DNA of 64,000 nt from assembly GCF_009914755.1 (NCBI RefSeq), contig NC_060929.1; one strand, given 5' to 3'. Below the pieces are notes generated by a model. It worked only from the letters and a program-made list of their open reading frames with translations, made no database searches and was not told where the DNA came from. Below are positions 1 to 25,060 of the stretch, piece after piece; position 1 is the stretch's first letter; each line of letters opens with the position of its first letter. The position numbers were made by a program, and so were the translations under genes. The stretch comes from the human T2T-CHM13v2.0 reference genome, Homo sapiens.

Positions 1-2460
1 CCACACTGAGGTCTGCTAAGTGTGCATTAGCATTATGTCTAAAAAATAATGTACATACCTTAATTTTAAAACACTTTATTGCTCAAAAATGCTAACGATC
101 AGCTGAGCCTTTAGGGAATCGTAATCATTTGACTGGTGGAAGGTCTTGCCTCCATGGTGGTGGTTGCTGAAGGTTGGGGTGGCTGTGGTAATTTCTTAAA
201 ATAAGACAACAGTGAACTCTGACACACTGATTGACCCTTCCTTTCATGAAAAATTTCTCTGTAGCATGTGACACTGTTTGATATCATTTTACTCACAGTG
301 GAACTTCTTTCAAAATTGGAATCAAGCCTCTTAAACCCCACTGCTGCTTTATCAACTAAGTTTATGGAATAATCTAAATCCTTTGTTGTCATTTCAGCAA
401 CGTTCACAGTCTTTATCAGGAGTAGATTCTGTCTCAAGAAACGACTTAGCTCATGCATGGAAGCAACTTCTGATTTGTTCCAGTTTAATCATGAGATTGT
501 AGCAATTTAATCACTTGTTTAGGCTCCACCCACCACATCTGCAGTGACTTCCTCCACTAAAGTCTTAGATCCTTCAAAGTCATTCATGAGGGTTGGATTC
601 AACTTCTTTCTTTTTTGTTTTTGTTTTCCCATATTGAATCAATATTTATTTCAGGACATGCCATGTCAAAATAAAACAAAGATTCAACTCTTGCCTTTAA
701 CAATTGTATTGTATTATAAAAGCACTTTACAACTCCATCCCATGTTTAAGTATAAGTTACTGGCATGTGGGCTAATGATTATCTGTAAGCATTTCTCTAT
801 TCAGATCCATAATCTAGGTGCTCTCTGAATATTACAAGGTGACAATAAGTGGGAAGTGGAGGAGGAAGAGGAAAGAGAGGGGACTAAGGTTCTCCCAGTT
901 TAAGGTTTTGGACTCAGTTTCTTTCAAACGCGTGCTAATGTTGCTATTTTCATCTCCTATGAGTCACAAATGTTCTTAGTGGCATCTTGAATGGGGAATC
1001 CTTTCCGGAAGGTTTTCAATTTACTTTGTTCAGATCCATCAGAGGAATCACTATGGTAGCTATAGCCTTATGAAATGTGTTTCCTAAATAATAAGACTCA
1101 AAAGTCAAAATTACTCCTTGGTCCACGGGCTGCAGAGTGGATGTTGTGTTAGCAGGCATGAAAGCGACACCCTTGTACATCTCCATCTTGGGTGACCAGG
1201 TGCATGGTCAGTGAGCAGTAATATTTTGAAAATAATCTTTTTTTCTGAGCAGTAGATATTGACACTGGGCATAAAATATTTAGTAAACCATGCTGTAAAC
1301 AACTGTGTTGCCATCCAGGCTTTGTTATTCATTTATAGAGCAGAGGCAGAAGAGATTTAGCATAATTCTTAAGGGCCCTAGGGTTTTCAGAATGGTCAGT
1401 GAGCACCGGAATTGCATTAGCCTCTAAGAGTCAGCCTGTCCTTTGAAGCTTTGAAGCCAGGCGTTGACTTCTCTCTAGCTATGAAAGTCCTAGCTGGCAT
1501 CTTCTTCTGATACAAGGCTGTACATTGAAAATCTATTGTTTAGTATAGCCACCTTTATCAGTTATCTTATCTAGATCTTCTGGATCACTTGCTGTGGCTT
1601 CTCTGTCAGCACTTGGGCCTTCACCTTGCACTTTTATATTATATAGATGGCTTCCTTCCTTAGACCTCATGAGCCAACCTCTGCTTTCCTCCCCTCTCAG
1701 TCTTCAAAGAATTGAAGAGACTTAGGGCTCCTGGCTCTAGATTAGACTTTGAATTAAGGGAATGTTGTAGCTGGTTTGATCTTCTATCCACTGAAACTTT
1801 CTCCAGTTAGCAATAAGGCTGTCTCTTTAGCCTTCTTATCATTCATGTGTTCACTGGAATAGCATTTTTAATTTTCCTCAATAACTTTTCCTTTGCATTC
1901 ACAACTTGGCTGTTTGGTGCAAGAGGCCTGGCTTTTGGTCTGTCTAGGTTTTTGACATGCCTTCTTCACCTAGCTTAATCATTTCTAAATTTTTACTTAA
2001 AGTGAGAGACATGAGACTCTTCCTTTCACTTGAACTCTTATTGTTGGGTTATTAACTGGCCTAATTTCAATATTGTTGTCTCAGTGAATAGAGAGGCCCA
2101 AGGAAAGGGTGAGGTACGAGGAAATGGCTTGTCAGTGGAGGACACACACAACCTTTATTAATTTAGTTTGCTATCTAATATGGACGCAGTTTGTGGCACC
2201 CCAAAACAATTACAATAGTAACATCAAAGATCACGGATCACAGAGCACCATAACACATACAATGCAAAAGTTTGAAATATTGGGAGAATTGTCAAAATGT
2301 GACACAAAGACTTGAAATGAGCACACACCAGTAGACCTCAACAGAGGGTTGCCAGAATCCTTAAATTTGAAAAAACAAAAACATAAAAAAACAAAAAAAA
2401 AGAAGCACCATTAATCTGTGAAGCACAGTAAAGCAAAGTTCATAAAATGAGGTATGCCTG
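1..2460 (-). mobile_element. Tigger1 (TcMar-Tigger) DNA transposon, decayed; runs off the left edge
   Basis: Minus-strand ORF remnants (111-458, 1111-1332) match the Tigger1 transposase (…[21 protein letters not shown]…, …[14 protein letters not shown]). Terminus GAGGTATGCCTG at 2449-2460 followed by TA. Confidence 0.92.
611..907 (-). pseudogene. 5'-truncated retroposed mRNA 3'UTR fragment inserted into Tigger1; source gene not identified
   Basis: T-rich tail 611-627, minus-strand AATAAA at 645-650, 18-bp TSD with 15/18 identity (593-610, 908-925). Tigger1 resumes after the right TSD. Confidence 0.8.
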
Positions 2461-5400
2461 TATCTTTTATAAACAAAACCTTGGAGTCCCAGTAGTTTTT
2501 AACAGTATAAAGGAATCTCAACATCAAAAAGCTTGCGAATCATTCTCCTAAGTCTTCTCTTTTCTGGGTTAAACATCGCCAGGGCTTTGATTTATTTCAT
2601 ATGAGTTCCAGTTAATTAATCATCTTGATTGCCATCCAGTTTGAATCTCTTTTAAAATGTTTTTGCCAGAATTTTTCATACTACAGATGTGGTGCAGGTT
2701 GTGGTGGGGATTATTGCCTTTATTCCTTTTAATCATCGCAGTTCTAGTAAGGCAACTTTAAATTTAGGTTATCATACTTATGTGGATTTCATGGAGAGCT
2801 AAAACCTCAGATTCTCTCTTTTGTGTGCTGTTATCAAGTCGTGTTTCTTTTCATCCATCTTTAGTATATGATCATTATTTTTAACATATTCACAGAGTCA
2901 CTCATAGGACATCTTACCCAGTAAAGCTTATTTTATTTTTTTACTGTTACATTTTAGAATTTTCTATACAGTATACAATAAATTACAAGAATTTTCATAG
3001 TACTTTGTGGATGTCAGTGCTAATACAAGTACAAAGAAAAACTTGTGGTTTTTTTTTTTTTCTGGTCATCAATTATGTATCAACAACATGTATCTTATCT
3101 TTTTTTTAGGCATAAAATGTAGAAAGGAAAAGTCTGCTTAGCATTTTCTAGTGCAAGAATCTATTCTTTCATTTTGGAACTATATACAATGTTAACATTG
3201 TTGAGTACAAATCTTCAGATAATAAAATTGTGGCAAATCCTGGATTATTGTTAATAAAGAATATGGCCTCAGAGTACTTTCTATGTTTCTAATTAGTCAA
3301 TTTTAGTTTGTTGTGTATAAACTGCTAACCTTTTTACCCTTGAAACTAACAAGAATGTAAATATCAAAAGAGTAGATGACAGCATCTGAAAATAATCCTG
3401 TAAGCTTATGTTTAGAAGCACAATGCTTAAAAAAAAAAACTTTTTGTGGACTGTACCATTATTTCCTAATATATGATACTTCCTACAGATACTAAGGAGA
3501 TCTTATAAATGGTTGTTTGCTTGGCCCTTGGTTTTTGTTGCAGGAGGAGCTGTGCCATGAGGTTAGGTGAAGAATGTCTTTGCCTTTGTGCTTTATTATG
3601 AGAGTAACTTTTTTTTCTTTATGCCTCCCTCCACCTCAGTCTCCTTTCAGGACATTTGATGAATACGCAAGTCCAATGAACATGTTGTCTTTTTTATATT
3701 CACTTCAGCTATACAAAAGAGAGAAGTTAAATTTGCAATGCTCTTTAAAGATTTTGAGTAGGTACTCCCCTAAAAAACAACCAAAATATTAATTAGTCCT
3801 ACATAGGTATACCTTCAATTTGCTTTCTGATCATTTTTTTAGCCCATTTTTTACACACTGATTCCTATAACTATTTAGTACAGTTAAAATATTACTAAGA
3901 AAATAGAAAAATACCCTCAGAAAATATAGTAGTTTCAATTTATTAGTAAAAATGACACAAAATAAGCTTTAATAGTTTAGACATTACATATATTGTTTTT
4001 ATATAAATTATGTTGGCTGCTATCTCTCCTTCATTCTTTGTTTATTTATTCAATAAATACTTACATATGCCAGGCACTATGCTTCAGTGTTGTATTGACA
4101 CTTTACATTGTTTTCATTTATATGCTAAGTTATTTTGTTTAAAAACTATTAAGCACCACCTGTTTTAACTTTTACAAAGGTAGTATAGTTAGTTAGATAT
4201 GCATCCTCAATTTAAATGTATGTGAAAAAGGAAACTTTTTATTTAGCAATCTGTAAAACTTAAATCTTTTGGGAGTGTGTGGAGTGAGGAAGGACATCTA
4301 TTATTTCAAAACTTTTTTGAGAAATTATAGCACAATGCTATTAATGTAAAATCCTAATAGTTTTGACATTTTTAGCACTCTAATAATATCTTTATTTAAA
4401 AATCAGGTGTGCCTGTAAAACAAATGTTGTCAGTATTCTGAATGTTGCCAATTGGTTGTATTTTGCTACTTGAAAATTTCTTCCAAATAGCAATTAAACA
4501 GCACTTAAGCTTTGGTACTTGCTGAGGCTTGCAATAAATAAATCGCTGTTTGATTAATTAGCACACGGTACTGGTAGCATGCTCAGCCGATGAGGTTTTA
4601 ATATTGCTGTGTTAGAATGTCTGTAAGCAGCAGCAAGTTATTTAATACAATTTTTTTGTCAATTTGTAATAGTTAAAAACATTTTATTACTCGAACTTAT
4701 TCTAAGAAGTTTGTAAAATTGAATGGTTTTTGCAAGTCTTCGAAAATAAAACAACTACGTTTGCTGTACAAGTATTTGTTGGTTTTATGTTGTTTTTTCT
4801 TCCTGACATACTAAAAGTTTATAGATGAAAACTTATATAAGTCTGCAAACTTGAATTAAAAATTGATCATTAAGAGGTGACCTACACAAAAAGATAACCT
4901 TAAGTTAAAGGCTTACTTTTGCTTTGACTGTTTACTTTTTTTTTCCCCCTCTAAGGGGTCAGTTTTCTTTTGGTGAGATTACTTTCTTTTGGTGTATGGC
5001 AGTGCTATCTCTGCTAGATTACTGGAAGGAGTAGTGTCTGCGATTGGGGTTATACAGCTTTCTAGCATCTCAAGTGTCTGTTTTGTCTGGACTTTACTCA
5101 CGCAGCATTCTTGTGCAAAAATTTCAAGGCTTTAGTCTGGAGCACTGGGTCAAAGGATATGTCTCTTTGAAGGGTAGACAGGAGTTTTTTATGTTTTATT
5201 CACTAAGTAGTATTTCATTTTACATCAAAGAATAGCAGCCTTTGAGAACCTACCATGGTGGCAGTTTAGCGTGTGGGTTTTTTTCTTTAAGACTTTCACT
5301 AAATATGTATAATGTTTCTTCAAGTGTTTCATCCTACAAAATGCCTATTTTTATTCTTAGATGAAACTTCTAATATAAAAAGAGAAGAATCATGACTAAA

Positions 5401-8044
5401 TATAAATGTTTGTTGCAATAAATTTTGTTTTAAAAGCAACTATAGTTTTTTTTTTTTTACAATGTATTTCCCTGTGTCAGTTTTTACACTACCCACAAGC
5501 TATTGAAAAAAAAAAAAATGGATGAATAGCCTTTAAGATTGCAGCAATACTGTTGCTTAAAATTCTAAGGAAGCAGTAATGACTAGTGATTTTGGAAGTG
5601 TAGATTTCATAGTGAAATCGTCATTCCTTAATTGTTCCTTTTTTAGTACTGTCATGTGTGTATGTAGGAGAGATTGATTTTGAAAAATACCAGACTCAAG
5701 TAATGGAAAATGTTAAGACTTCTTGAAGCTAGAAGGAAAGCTCTTCTTTTTGTACTTTTTGTGTAAGTTAATCAGTAAATAATCATATAAAAAGTGATTG
5801 CTTTACATGTTTGGAAGATTATTACATTGTATTTCATATTTTTGTCTCATGACATGTATCTATAAACATGAACTAATATTAAAAGTTTTTTATGTTTATA
5901 AATAAAACATGCTCTTAAATAGTTGAAAGTTTATCAAAACAGTTAATCATTTAAAATGAATTTTTTCTACTCTCCTTGATGTAATTTTAAAACCTGTTAT
6001 ATTTAACTATGATGATCATTAAAACAAGTCAGTTATTATTTTTCAAATGTAATTATTTCTAAATTCTTTAGATAAATAAAATTCTGCAGAACTTTGTTGT
6101 TTAAAATATATGCTTATTGAAATGCTATTTTTATGTAGTATCAAGCTGTGTAAAACTTACATGTACTAAATATCACAAAGAAAATGAATGTTAAGTATTA
6201 CAGTTTTTATATACAGACAGGAACCATTAAAACTTAGAGAATGATCGTTCTATATTTAAATTGTTTAAGGAACAAAAGATCTTTCCCCTACAGTATTCAG
6301 CCATCTCTATTATCTGTGATTCTTCAGCAATTAAAGCAGATTTATTTCCCTCTTTGTTCCTACTTGGAATACTTGAACAATACTGGAGAATTGAACTGAC
6401 TGAAATGTTTTATCTTTCAAAAGGTTTAAAGTTCTATGTACCAATTAGCAAAATACAGTAAAGGTTTAAACTGTTAATAGCCACAACATCTTTAATGCAT
6501 AGACCTGTAGTATGCTAGTGCTGTATAACAGTTCTCCATTGTGTGTCTCTTTTAAGCAGAGTAACTGTGTCAGTTCTTTTCTTGCTTTACTACCTGCTGT
6601 GTATGGAAATTGTGTATCGTACTTGACACTTGCTTTCAAGAATTTAAAATTCTTGCATGTTATTATGTAGGAAACTTTGGCTCTCAAGAAAATAGAATTG
6701 ATAATATTTCATTTGTTTGGATTTTAAGTTTAGGTTTTTTGTCATATTCTAGAGAGTACTCATTTATATCTGAAAATACATTATTAGTCTATTACTCATT
6801 AGTGAATTTGAAGTACATAAACTGTATGTTATCTCCTTGAAAATTGCTTATCTAATTTTTTTCATTTAACTGAATATAATTATAAAGAAACCATCAAATT
6901 TATGGTAGGGTATGCAGATAGATCCCTGATGCTTTATTTTACACTCTATTTGAATTTGGTTTTGGGTTTTTTGTTTTGTTTTGTTTTGGTCTTTTTGGTA
7001 GTAAATAGTACTTTGTTTTTAAAGTTATAGCGCTTGAATTAGCCAGCTTGCCAGATAAGTTTATAACTCAAGAATTAATCCAAATACTTAAACTTGTTAA
7101 AGCCTTATATCTGCCATTTTGTAGTAAGTTCTCAATGAAGGTAGGGTGAGAGGAGGTAAAGAAATAGAAGTAGTATCTTTTGGTGACAATTATATTTTCT
7201 TTTTATATCATGTATCTCAGAATAGAATTAGAGCAAAAGAAAGGAGAACGTAGACTTTAAAATTTGAGACTAGCAAACTTTGATTCTATTTCTGTGTTCA
7301 GGTTTTCTAATTTTATATGACCTAGTGTCTGCTTCTATTCTACTCTTCAAAATACCACCTGCAAGCATGTGAGATATTCATGTTTTATAAGATGGGGAAG
7401 TTTGAAAAATAGGGCAGTGATATGGAAGCTTTACTGTATGCAGTATACTATGTCTCCACAAAACTGCTTCTTTATAAGGCATACTTTTCTAGAAATGTGT
7501 GAATAGGCTTTTTGTTCAGTTGCTGTTTCATGTTTAATACTTTACTTCTAAAGGCTTTCAGCATATTTCATGTTAGTTGATGAGGGTTTTTAAAATGTTA
7601 ATGCTTCCAATAAAATAGACATGAAAAATAAACTTGGCTTTCTCTAAACAACATATAGGATACAGAAATATACCAAAATGTTGGGCTGAGAATGCTAACT
7701 TAAAGAACTGAGGATCTGATTAGTGTACCGATGTACATCTATTCCAGTGATTACTGAGTATATATTGTGTAAATTAAGATGTATCCATTAAAGATAATTT
7801 TTAAACCTAATTGGGTAGTTTAAGATTTGACATCCAAAGAATTAAAACAAGATTTCTGATTTAGTATGCATTATAATATCTTAAACATTCAAATATGGCA
7901 GCTATAGCCTGTGCCTAGGTTGCTCTGAGATTAGAAGTCCTCTAGATCTAGTAGTTTTCATCTAGGACAATCTGTAGTTGTGAAGATCATTCAAGATATT
8001 TTTTTACTTGTCTCTTATTTATAATGTAAAATATTATTATCCTT

Positions 8045-8630
8045 TCCTTCATTCATTCAATTTTTTTTTTTTAGCATATTCTAGGCCCTGGGGATGTAGC
8101 TATGAACAAAGCACAACAACCATGTCCTTAGAGCTTATATTCTCATGCTTAAGCATATGCCAGCTTTATTCATAAATAATTATGGTATTTTTCATAGATT
8201 ATGAATATTATGGAAAAAACAAAGCTAGGTGATGAGACAGAGAATAGCTGGGGTTTGGGTGAAATAGGGGTCATTTAAGTAGGGCAGTCAACGAAACCCA
8301 CTTTGAGATGTTGTGCTGTGTGAATTAAGATCTGAATTGATGAGAAAGAAGCAGCTGTGTGAGTATCTAAGGTAAGAGCATTTTGAGTAAAGGGAAAAGC
8401 TAATGACCAAAAGTGTAGCTGGTAGTAGTCAAATAACAGACGGAAAGATATGACATAATAAGAAAGGAGGAGAATGATATAAAATGAGATCAGAGATGTG
8501 GGCAGGAGCTGGATCAGGTAAGAAGGCTCTTTAGGCCCATAGTAAGAAATTTGAATATTATTTGAATTATAATGAGAAGGCTTTATATAATTCTAAGTAG
8601 AAAAGTGGTTTGATCCGATTTACTTGTAAA
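8045..8630 (-). mobile_element. L2 LINE 3' fragment
   Basis: ttcattcattcaa terminus followed by L2-like purine-rich sequence. Confidence 0.6.
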
Positions 8631-9049
8631 AGCTAGAAAATTACTAAGCTATTATGGTTAAGGGCAACTTTAAAGAAGCTCAAAGGAAATGGTTAGTTTG
8701 CTGCCATTTTAATTTGAAGGAACCTAATTTTTGTCTTTGCATAGGTTTTATATACGATATAACAATTTGGTGATTTTTTTTCTATTAAAGAATCTTCTGA
8801 ATTTGAAATTGCTTTTTGAGAAAGGCAGTATTGGGACCAGGAATAATAAACTCATCTCTCTAATTCTCCATAGCCCTTCTTTCTCTGCCCTGCCCCCTTC
8901 TCCACCAAGGGAAAACATGTTAAAGATTTGTCATAGTGGTAAAGGAAGATAAGAATAAATTGGCTGAGGTGCTGTCCACCAGTTTGGTGCTGATAGCTTC
9001 AAATATATTTGAGTTCTGCACCTTGCTTTTGCCAGTGGCATGGGTTGAT

Positions 9050-9460
9050 GGTGATAGTTGTCTGTCTTCATCTTAACTTTGACTGCACTTCCTCTTGTTC
9101 TGCCTCTCCTTTCCCCCCTCTTACTCTCTGCTTCTTGAAATCTCTCTTCACAGTTTGTATGGCTTTTCCCCTCTGTCTTTTGACACTCTGTCTTTTGCTG
9201 ACTATGTAGCTGTAGGTCATCTCTCTCTCCCTTTCTGGCTACATGTGTTTTCCTGATACCACCTTATTCCCTTCCATTTTTTTCATTTTTCCTGCCTTCC
9301 CTTCTGTCTCTCTCTAGTTTTGGCTTTCTGAGTCATTCTTTGGCCGTCATTTTTTCCCCCACTCCCCTGTCTCTTCTACCGCCCGTTTTCTTCTTCCTTC
9401 CATTCTTTTTATTCCGTACTTCTGTTCCTTTTATCTTTCTTCTTCTTTCTCTCACTTTCC
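9050..9460. repeat. CT-rich low-complexity tract
   Basis: Strong pyrimidine bias on the + strand. Confidence 0.6.
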
Positions 9461-9836
9461 CAAAATGACTAAGGAGCAACATCAAAACTAGTGGGAGAGA
9501 CAAAAGGTGCCCCACCCTCTAAGCACTTTTTTAAAAATTGTCATATTTCCTCTTTTGTAAATATATAGGACTTTTAGAAACATTTAATAACTGAAAAATG
9601 GTTTATACATTATTACATTATTTGAAATGTTCACTCTAGTGAGATACATGGGATAATGGCAAGATCATGGACTAATTATAAATATAGCCTTAGATCTTTA
9701 GTCATCTCTTCTTTTAGCTGTATAACCTGAAGCAAGTTATTTAACCTCTGTGAGTGTCCTCATCTTATAAAATGAATATACCTTTTTATATTTGTTTTGA
9801 AAGTTAATTGAGAATACCAACACTAAACAAGAGGAG

Positions 9837-10137
9837 AGCCTGGATGCAGTGGCTCACAACTGTAACCCCAGCACTTTAGGAGGCCTAGTTGTGAGGGTCA
9901 CTTGAGCCTAGGAGTTTGAGACCAGCCCAGGCAAATGGGGAAACCTCATCTCTTCCAAAAAAAAATTAGCCGAGGGTAGTGGCGCGTGCCTGTGGTCCTA
10001 GCTACCTGGGAGACTGAGGCAGGAGCTGAACTATTAATACTCAGGAGATTGAGGTTGCAGTGAGGCGTGATCATGCCACTGCACTCTAGCCTGGGTGACG
10101 GAGTGAGACCCTGTCTCCAAAATAAATAAATAAATAA
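9837..10137 (+). mobile_element. AluJ
   Basis: Diverged dimeric Alu with J-type diagnostics and (AAAT)n tail. Confidence 0.9.
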
Positions 10138-10496
10138 CGCATTATGTTCATTATTCACTAAAAAGTGTTTTTCTTCCTTTTTTTGCTACTTGGAGTTGTT
10201 AGCCTGGAGAGAGAAGCAAGCTGGAATTATTATTCTTAATCAGTTTTGAATTATTATGGAGCCCATTCTTGTGAATCAAATCTGCAGTGCAGGTACTAAG
10301 TTCTAGGGCACCCTGGAGCACAATATTGGCTTCACAGTGGTCCTGTGTTAGTCATGTGTGTATACGTATGTACATGTATAGTTGGTAATGATTTTTGTCA
10401 TGTAACTTGCCTTTTCTAACAGCCTGTGGCACTAATATCATCTGTGATATTATCTCTCAATATACAGTTTCTGACAATCAACTATGTAATTCTTTA

Positions 10497-10977
<481 letters not shown>

Positions 10978-11025
10978 TTACTGGTTTTAATAGTAAGGCA
11001 TAGACATATCAAAAATCACATTAGA

Positions 11026-11475
<450 letters not shown>

Positions 11476-11869
11476 TTAAAATCACCTTAATCTCAGTCTT
11501 GGTGAATTTACTTCTTTTTTATATGAATATTTAAACACACTAATATCTAATGTATTTATATGTAAGACAAATTGTTTTACAGTTTTTTATCCTGTTTTTC
11601 ACTTTATTATAATGTGACTATATTTCTTTAAAATTATTCAAAAGCATAATTATAAACGAATGTATAATCTTTCATTGTATGGCTGTACCATAATACCTTA
11701 GCCATCATGCAGTTTTTGTACTGCAGGTTGTTTACAATTTTTTGCAACTATATGCAATGCTAGAATGAACATCTTTATACCTAAGTCTAATCTTTGATGA
11801 CATCTTTATTTTAGTATCAATTCTTTGAAGTGGAATTACTAAATTGAAGGGTTTAGTATCAACATTTTA

Positions 11870-11973
11870 GGCCAGGCGCAGTGGCAAGGTGGGAGGATTG
11901 CCTGAGCCCAGGAGTTCAAGACCAGCCTGGGCAACATCGCAAGACCCCATCTCAAAAAATGTAAAAAAAAAAA
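11870..11973 (+). mobile_element. FLAM/Alu left monomer with internal deletion
   Basis: Monomer plus A tail; perfect TSD agtatcaacatttta at 11855-11869 and 11974-11988. Confidence 0.85.
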
Positions 11974-12599
11974 AGTATCAACATTTTAAATATTTTTTGA
12001 TACCTAGAGATAATTGATACAGAATACTTTTAGAGAAGATTTTACCAATGTAACTTTAGAGATATGGCTTTATTTTTAATATACATGGCCTAGTTCTGTG
12101 GATACTTTTCAGACTCTGACACAGGGGGCATGTAGCAAATTCTACCTAATAGATAAATACCATATATCTAAGAATTAGAGTATAATAAAAATACTTAATA
12201 CATTAATGATGCAACATTGATTTAGAAGTACTTCAAGGCTTAGTATATATATCCTAAGGATCAACTTACAAATTTATGTATCATTGTACTATAAATTGGT
12301 GGATATTGCTGGTTGATGAGATTTCTATCACAAATCTCTGTATACTAGGCCAATGCATAGCAGTTAGTGCTACAGAAGCATTAACTATTGCTGCTGCTGC
12401 TACATTAGTACCACTGTTACTATTATTTTATAAAGCATTATAACAGAGTTTGTGGCATAATGTATCTGAGGAAGTTATGAAACTTTCTACCTATTCTTAC
12501 ATTCAGTCTATGTTTTTGTTTTGTTATAAAGCCTTTCCAAAACAATGCAAGGTAAACATCATCCTCTGAAATATCTACAGTACTTCATCATTTATTTGG

Positions 12600-14090
<1,491 letters not shown>

Positions 14091-14097
14091 CAGACCT

Positions 14098-14475
14098 TGT
14101 CTTAGCTCAGGGTGCCACAACAAAATACCATAGACTGGGTGGTTCAAACAACAGAAATTTAGTTTCTGACAGTTTTGAAGGCTAGAATTCCGAGGTTAAG
14201 GTACCAGCATGGTCGTTTCTGTTGAGGGCTGTCTTCCTAGCTTGTGGAAGGCCACCTCCTTGATGTGTCTACATGGCCACAGAGAGAGAGAAAAAGCAGG
14301 TGAGCTTTGTCATATCTCTTCTCATAAGGGCACTAATCCCATTATGAGGGCCTTACTCATGATCTCATCTAACCCTAATTACCTCCCAAAGGCCCCATTT
14401 CTAAATACCATCACATTTAGGATTAGGGACTCACTATACAAATTTTGGGAGAATACAAACATTCAGTTCATAACA
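14098..14475 (-). mobile_element. MLT1A-type MaLR solo LTR
   Basis: TG...CA ends with 5-bp TSD gacct (14093-14097, 14476-14480); MLT1A-like sequence. Confidence 0.85.
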
Positions 14476-14544
14476 GACCTTTTCATTGGATATAGAATTC
14501 TAGGTTGAAGATTGGAATGACTTAAAAATGTCATTCCAGTTTCC

Positions 14545-16757
<2,213 letters not shown>

Positions 16758-16769
16758 CTGGGTTTGTGT

Positions 16770-17056
16770 TGTTGTTTGGTGTGTTTTGTTTGTTTGTTTG
16801 TTTTTGTTTTTTGAGATAGGGTCTCTGTGCAGTGGCATAATCTTGTCTCACTGCAGCCTTGAACTCCTGAGCTCAAGAGATCCTCCCACCTCATCTTCCT
16901 GAGTAGCTGGGAATATAGGCACACACCACTATACCCAGATAGTTTTGGCTTTATTTTTTGTAGAAATGGGGTTCGCCATGTTACCCAGGCTGGTTTTGAA
17001 CTCCTGAGCTCATGCAATCTGCCTGCCTCAGTCTCCCAAAGTGCTGGGATTACAGT
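16770..17056 (-). mobile_element. AluJ, partly truncated
   Basis: Alu similarity with (GTTT)n tail. Confidence 0.85.
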
Positions 17057-17724
17057 TTTCTGTTTTCTTTTATCATCATTACTGTGTAGGTAATGTGTCT
17101 TTCTTAAGACTACTTTTATGATAATTATCTTATCTTTAAACTTCAGAAATTTTGTTATACTGTGTTTTTGTGTGGTTTTCTTTACATGTATCTTGGTTAG
17201 GGTTCATTAAGATTCTTGGAATTTTTGATTAGTATTCTTAAAAATTGGAAAATTTGGAAATTTTTCTTCAAAAAACATTTCTGCTTCAATCTTTCATCTT
17301 CTGTAACTATAACACTTATATTGTACTGCTTAATATTTTCCAGCCAGTCACTGAGGCCCAGTTTGACTTCCAGTCTTTTTCCACTATGTAGTGCAATTTG
17401 GTTAGTTTCTATTGTCCTGTCTTCAAATTTACTGATCTTTTCTTCTGTTGGTGTCCAATTTTCTATTAATCCCTTACAGTATTTATCATTTTAGATACTA
17501 TATTTTTCAGCTCTAGAATTTCTATTTAGTTCTTTAATATAGTTTCCATTATTCTGCAGAAATTTTTGAACTGTTCACTCATTTTGTCCATCTTTTTTCT
17601 TGAAATCTTTTAACATATTTATAGTCATTATTTATAAACCTACATCATTTCAGGGCCTATTTCTATTGATTATTTTGTTATTGTAGTTGTTGTTTCCCTT
17701 TTACATACACATTTAATGATTTTT

Positions 17725-24003
<6,279 letters not shown>

Positions 24004-25060
24004 ACAGTTAATGATTTTTAAGTGTGTAATTGATGTTCTGATTGCTTTGTTACTGGGAGCCTGGATTTTACTGTCTTCATTTATACAGCATTTAGATTTG
24101 TTTCAGCAGTCTACTACTGCTGATCAGCTTAATCCTTTTAGTGATTGATATTAAGCATTGTATGGGCAGTCATAGAGTTGCTCTTCTTCTTACGTTTTAC
24201 CTTTCTTGTGTCTCAATTTAATGCCCAGAGTGTTCAGCAAAATCTTTACTCTGACTTGTTAGAACTTCTCATTACTTGTCCCACTTCACAGAGTCTCATT
24301 GTAGACAAAGACTGTGCAGATTTCTGAAACTCCTTTTTTGCTTAACTCCTCTTCAGAACTCTGCCTCAGAAATGTCATTTGACTCAGCATGCCTGAATGC
24401 CAATCCCTACCTTTTCTGCTCTGTGAGATTGCTTTGTTCTGCTTGGGATTTACCTTTCTGTACCATAGTCTGATATGTGCCCCCATGCATGAAGCTGAGA
24501 CAATTATAGGACTGCATCTTGAGTTTTCCTTCTTTCAGGGAACACAGTGCTGTGCTTTCTGTTATCAGGTTGTCCAATACCTGAAAACAGTTGCTTAAAA
24601 TAACTTTCCTAGTTTTATAGTTTGTAAAGGCAAGAGTGGTAGTCTGATCCCATTATGGATTGCAGCAGGATCCATATACTACACTGTGACAATTCTTTTG
24701 CAACAGTGGCTTTGTTAATGAATCTTTACTTTTTAAACCAACCTTTAAAAATGTGCTCAGTTATTGATGTTCTCAATTCTCTTTATAAAACATACCTACT
24801 AACACCCTTGACATACTACATATGTGGCTTAATTAAGGCTTCATTTTAGTATATTGCCAGACTTCAGCTTTCAGTCATTGAGTCGTATGCTTTATCAAGA
24901 CTCAGCGAGCTTACTTCCATACCTGTCTCTGCCAGTTATACTTGACATTGTAATTCATAATGTAACTGAGTGCTATAATCTGCTTATATGAGGACAAGAG
25001 AGTCCTTTCTGTAACAGTTCTGTTGAATACTTTGAGAAGATGATAAAGGTGAATTTCTAA

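Noticed and set aside
111-458. 115-aa ORF as a TIGD-like domesticated gene
   Set aside because: Fragment of a decayed Tigger1 with an insertion and many disablements.
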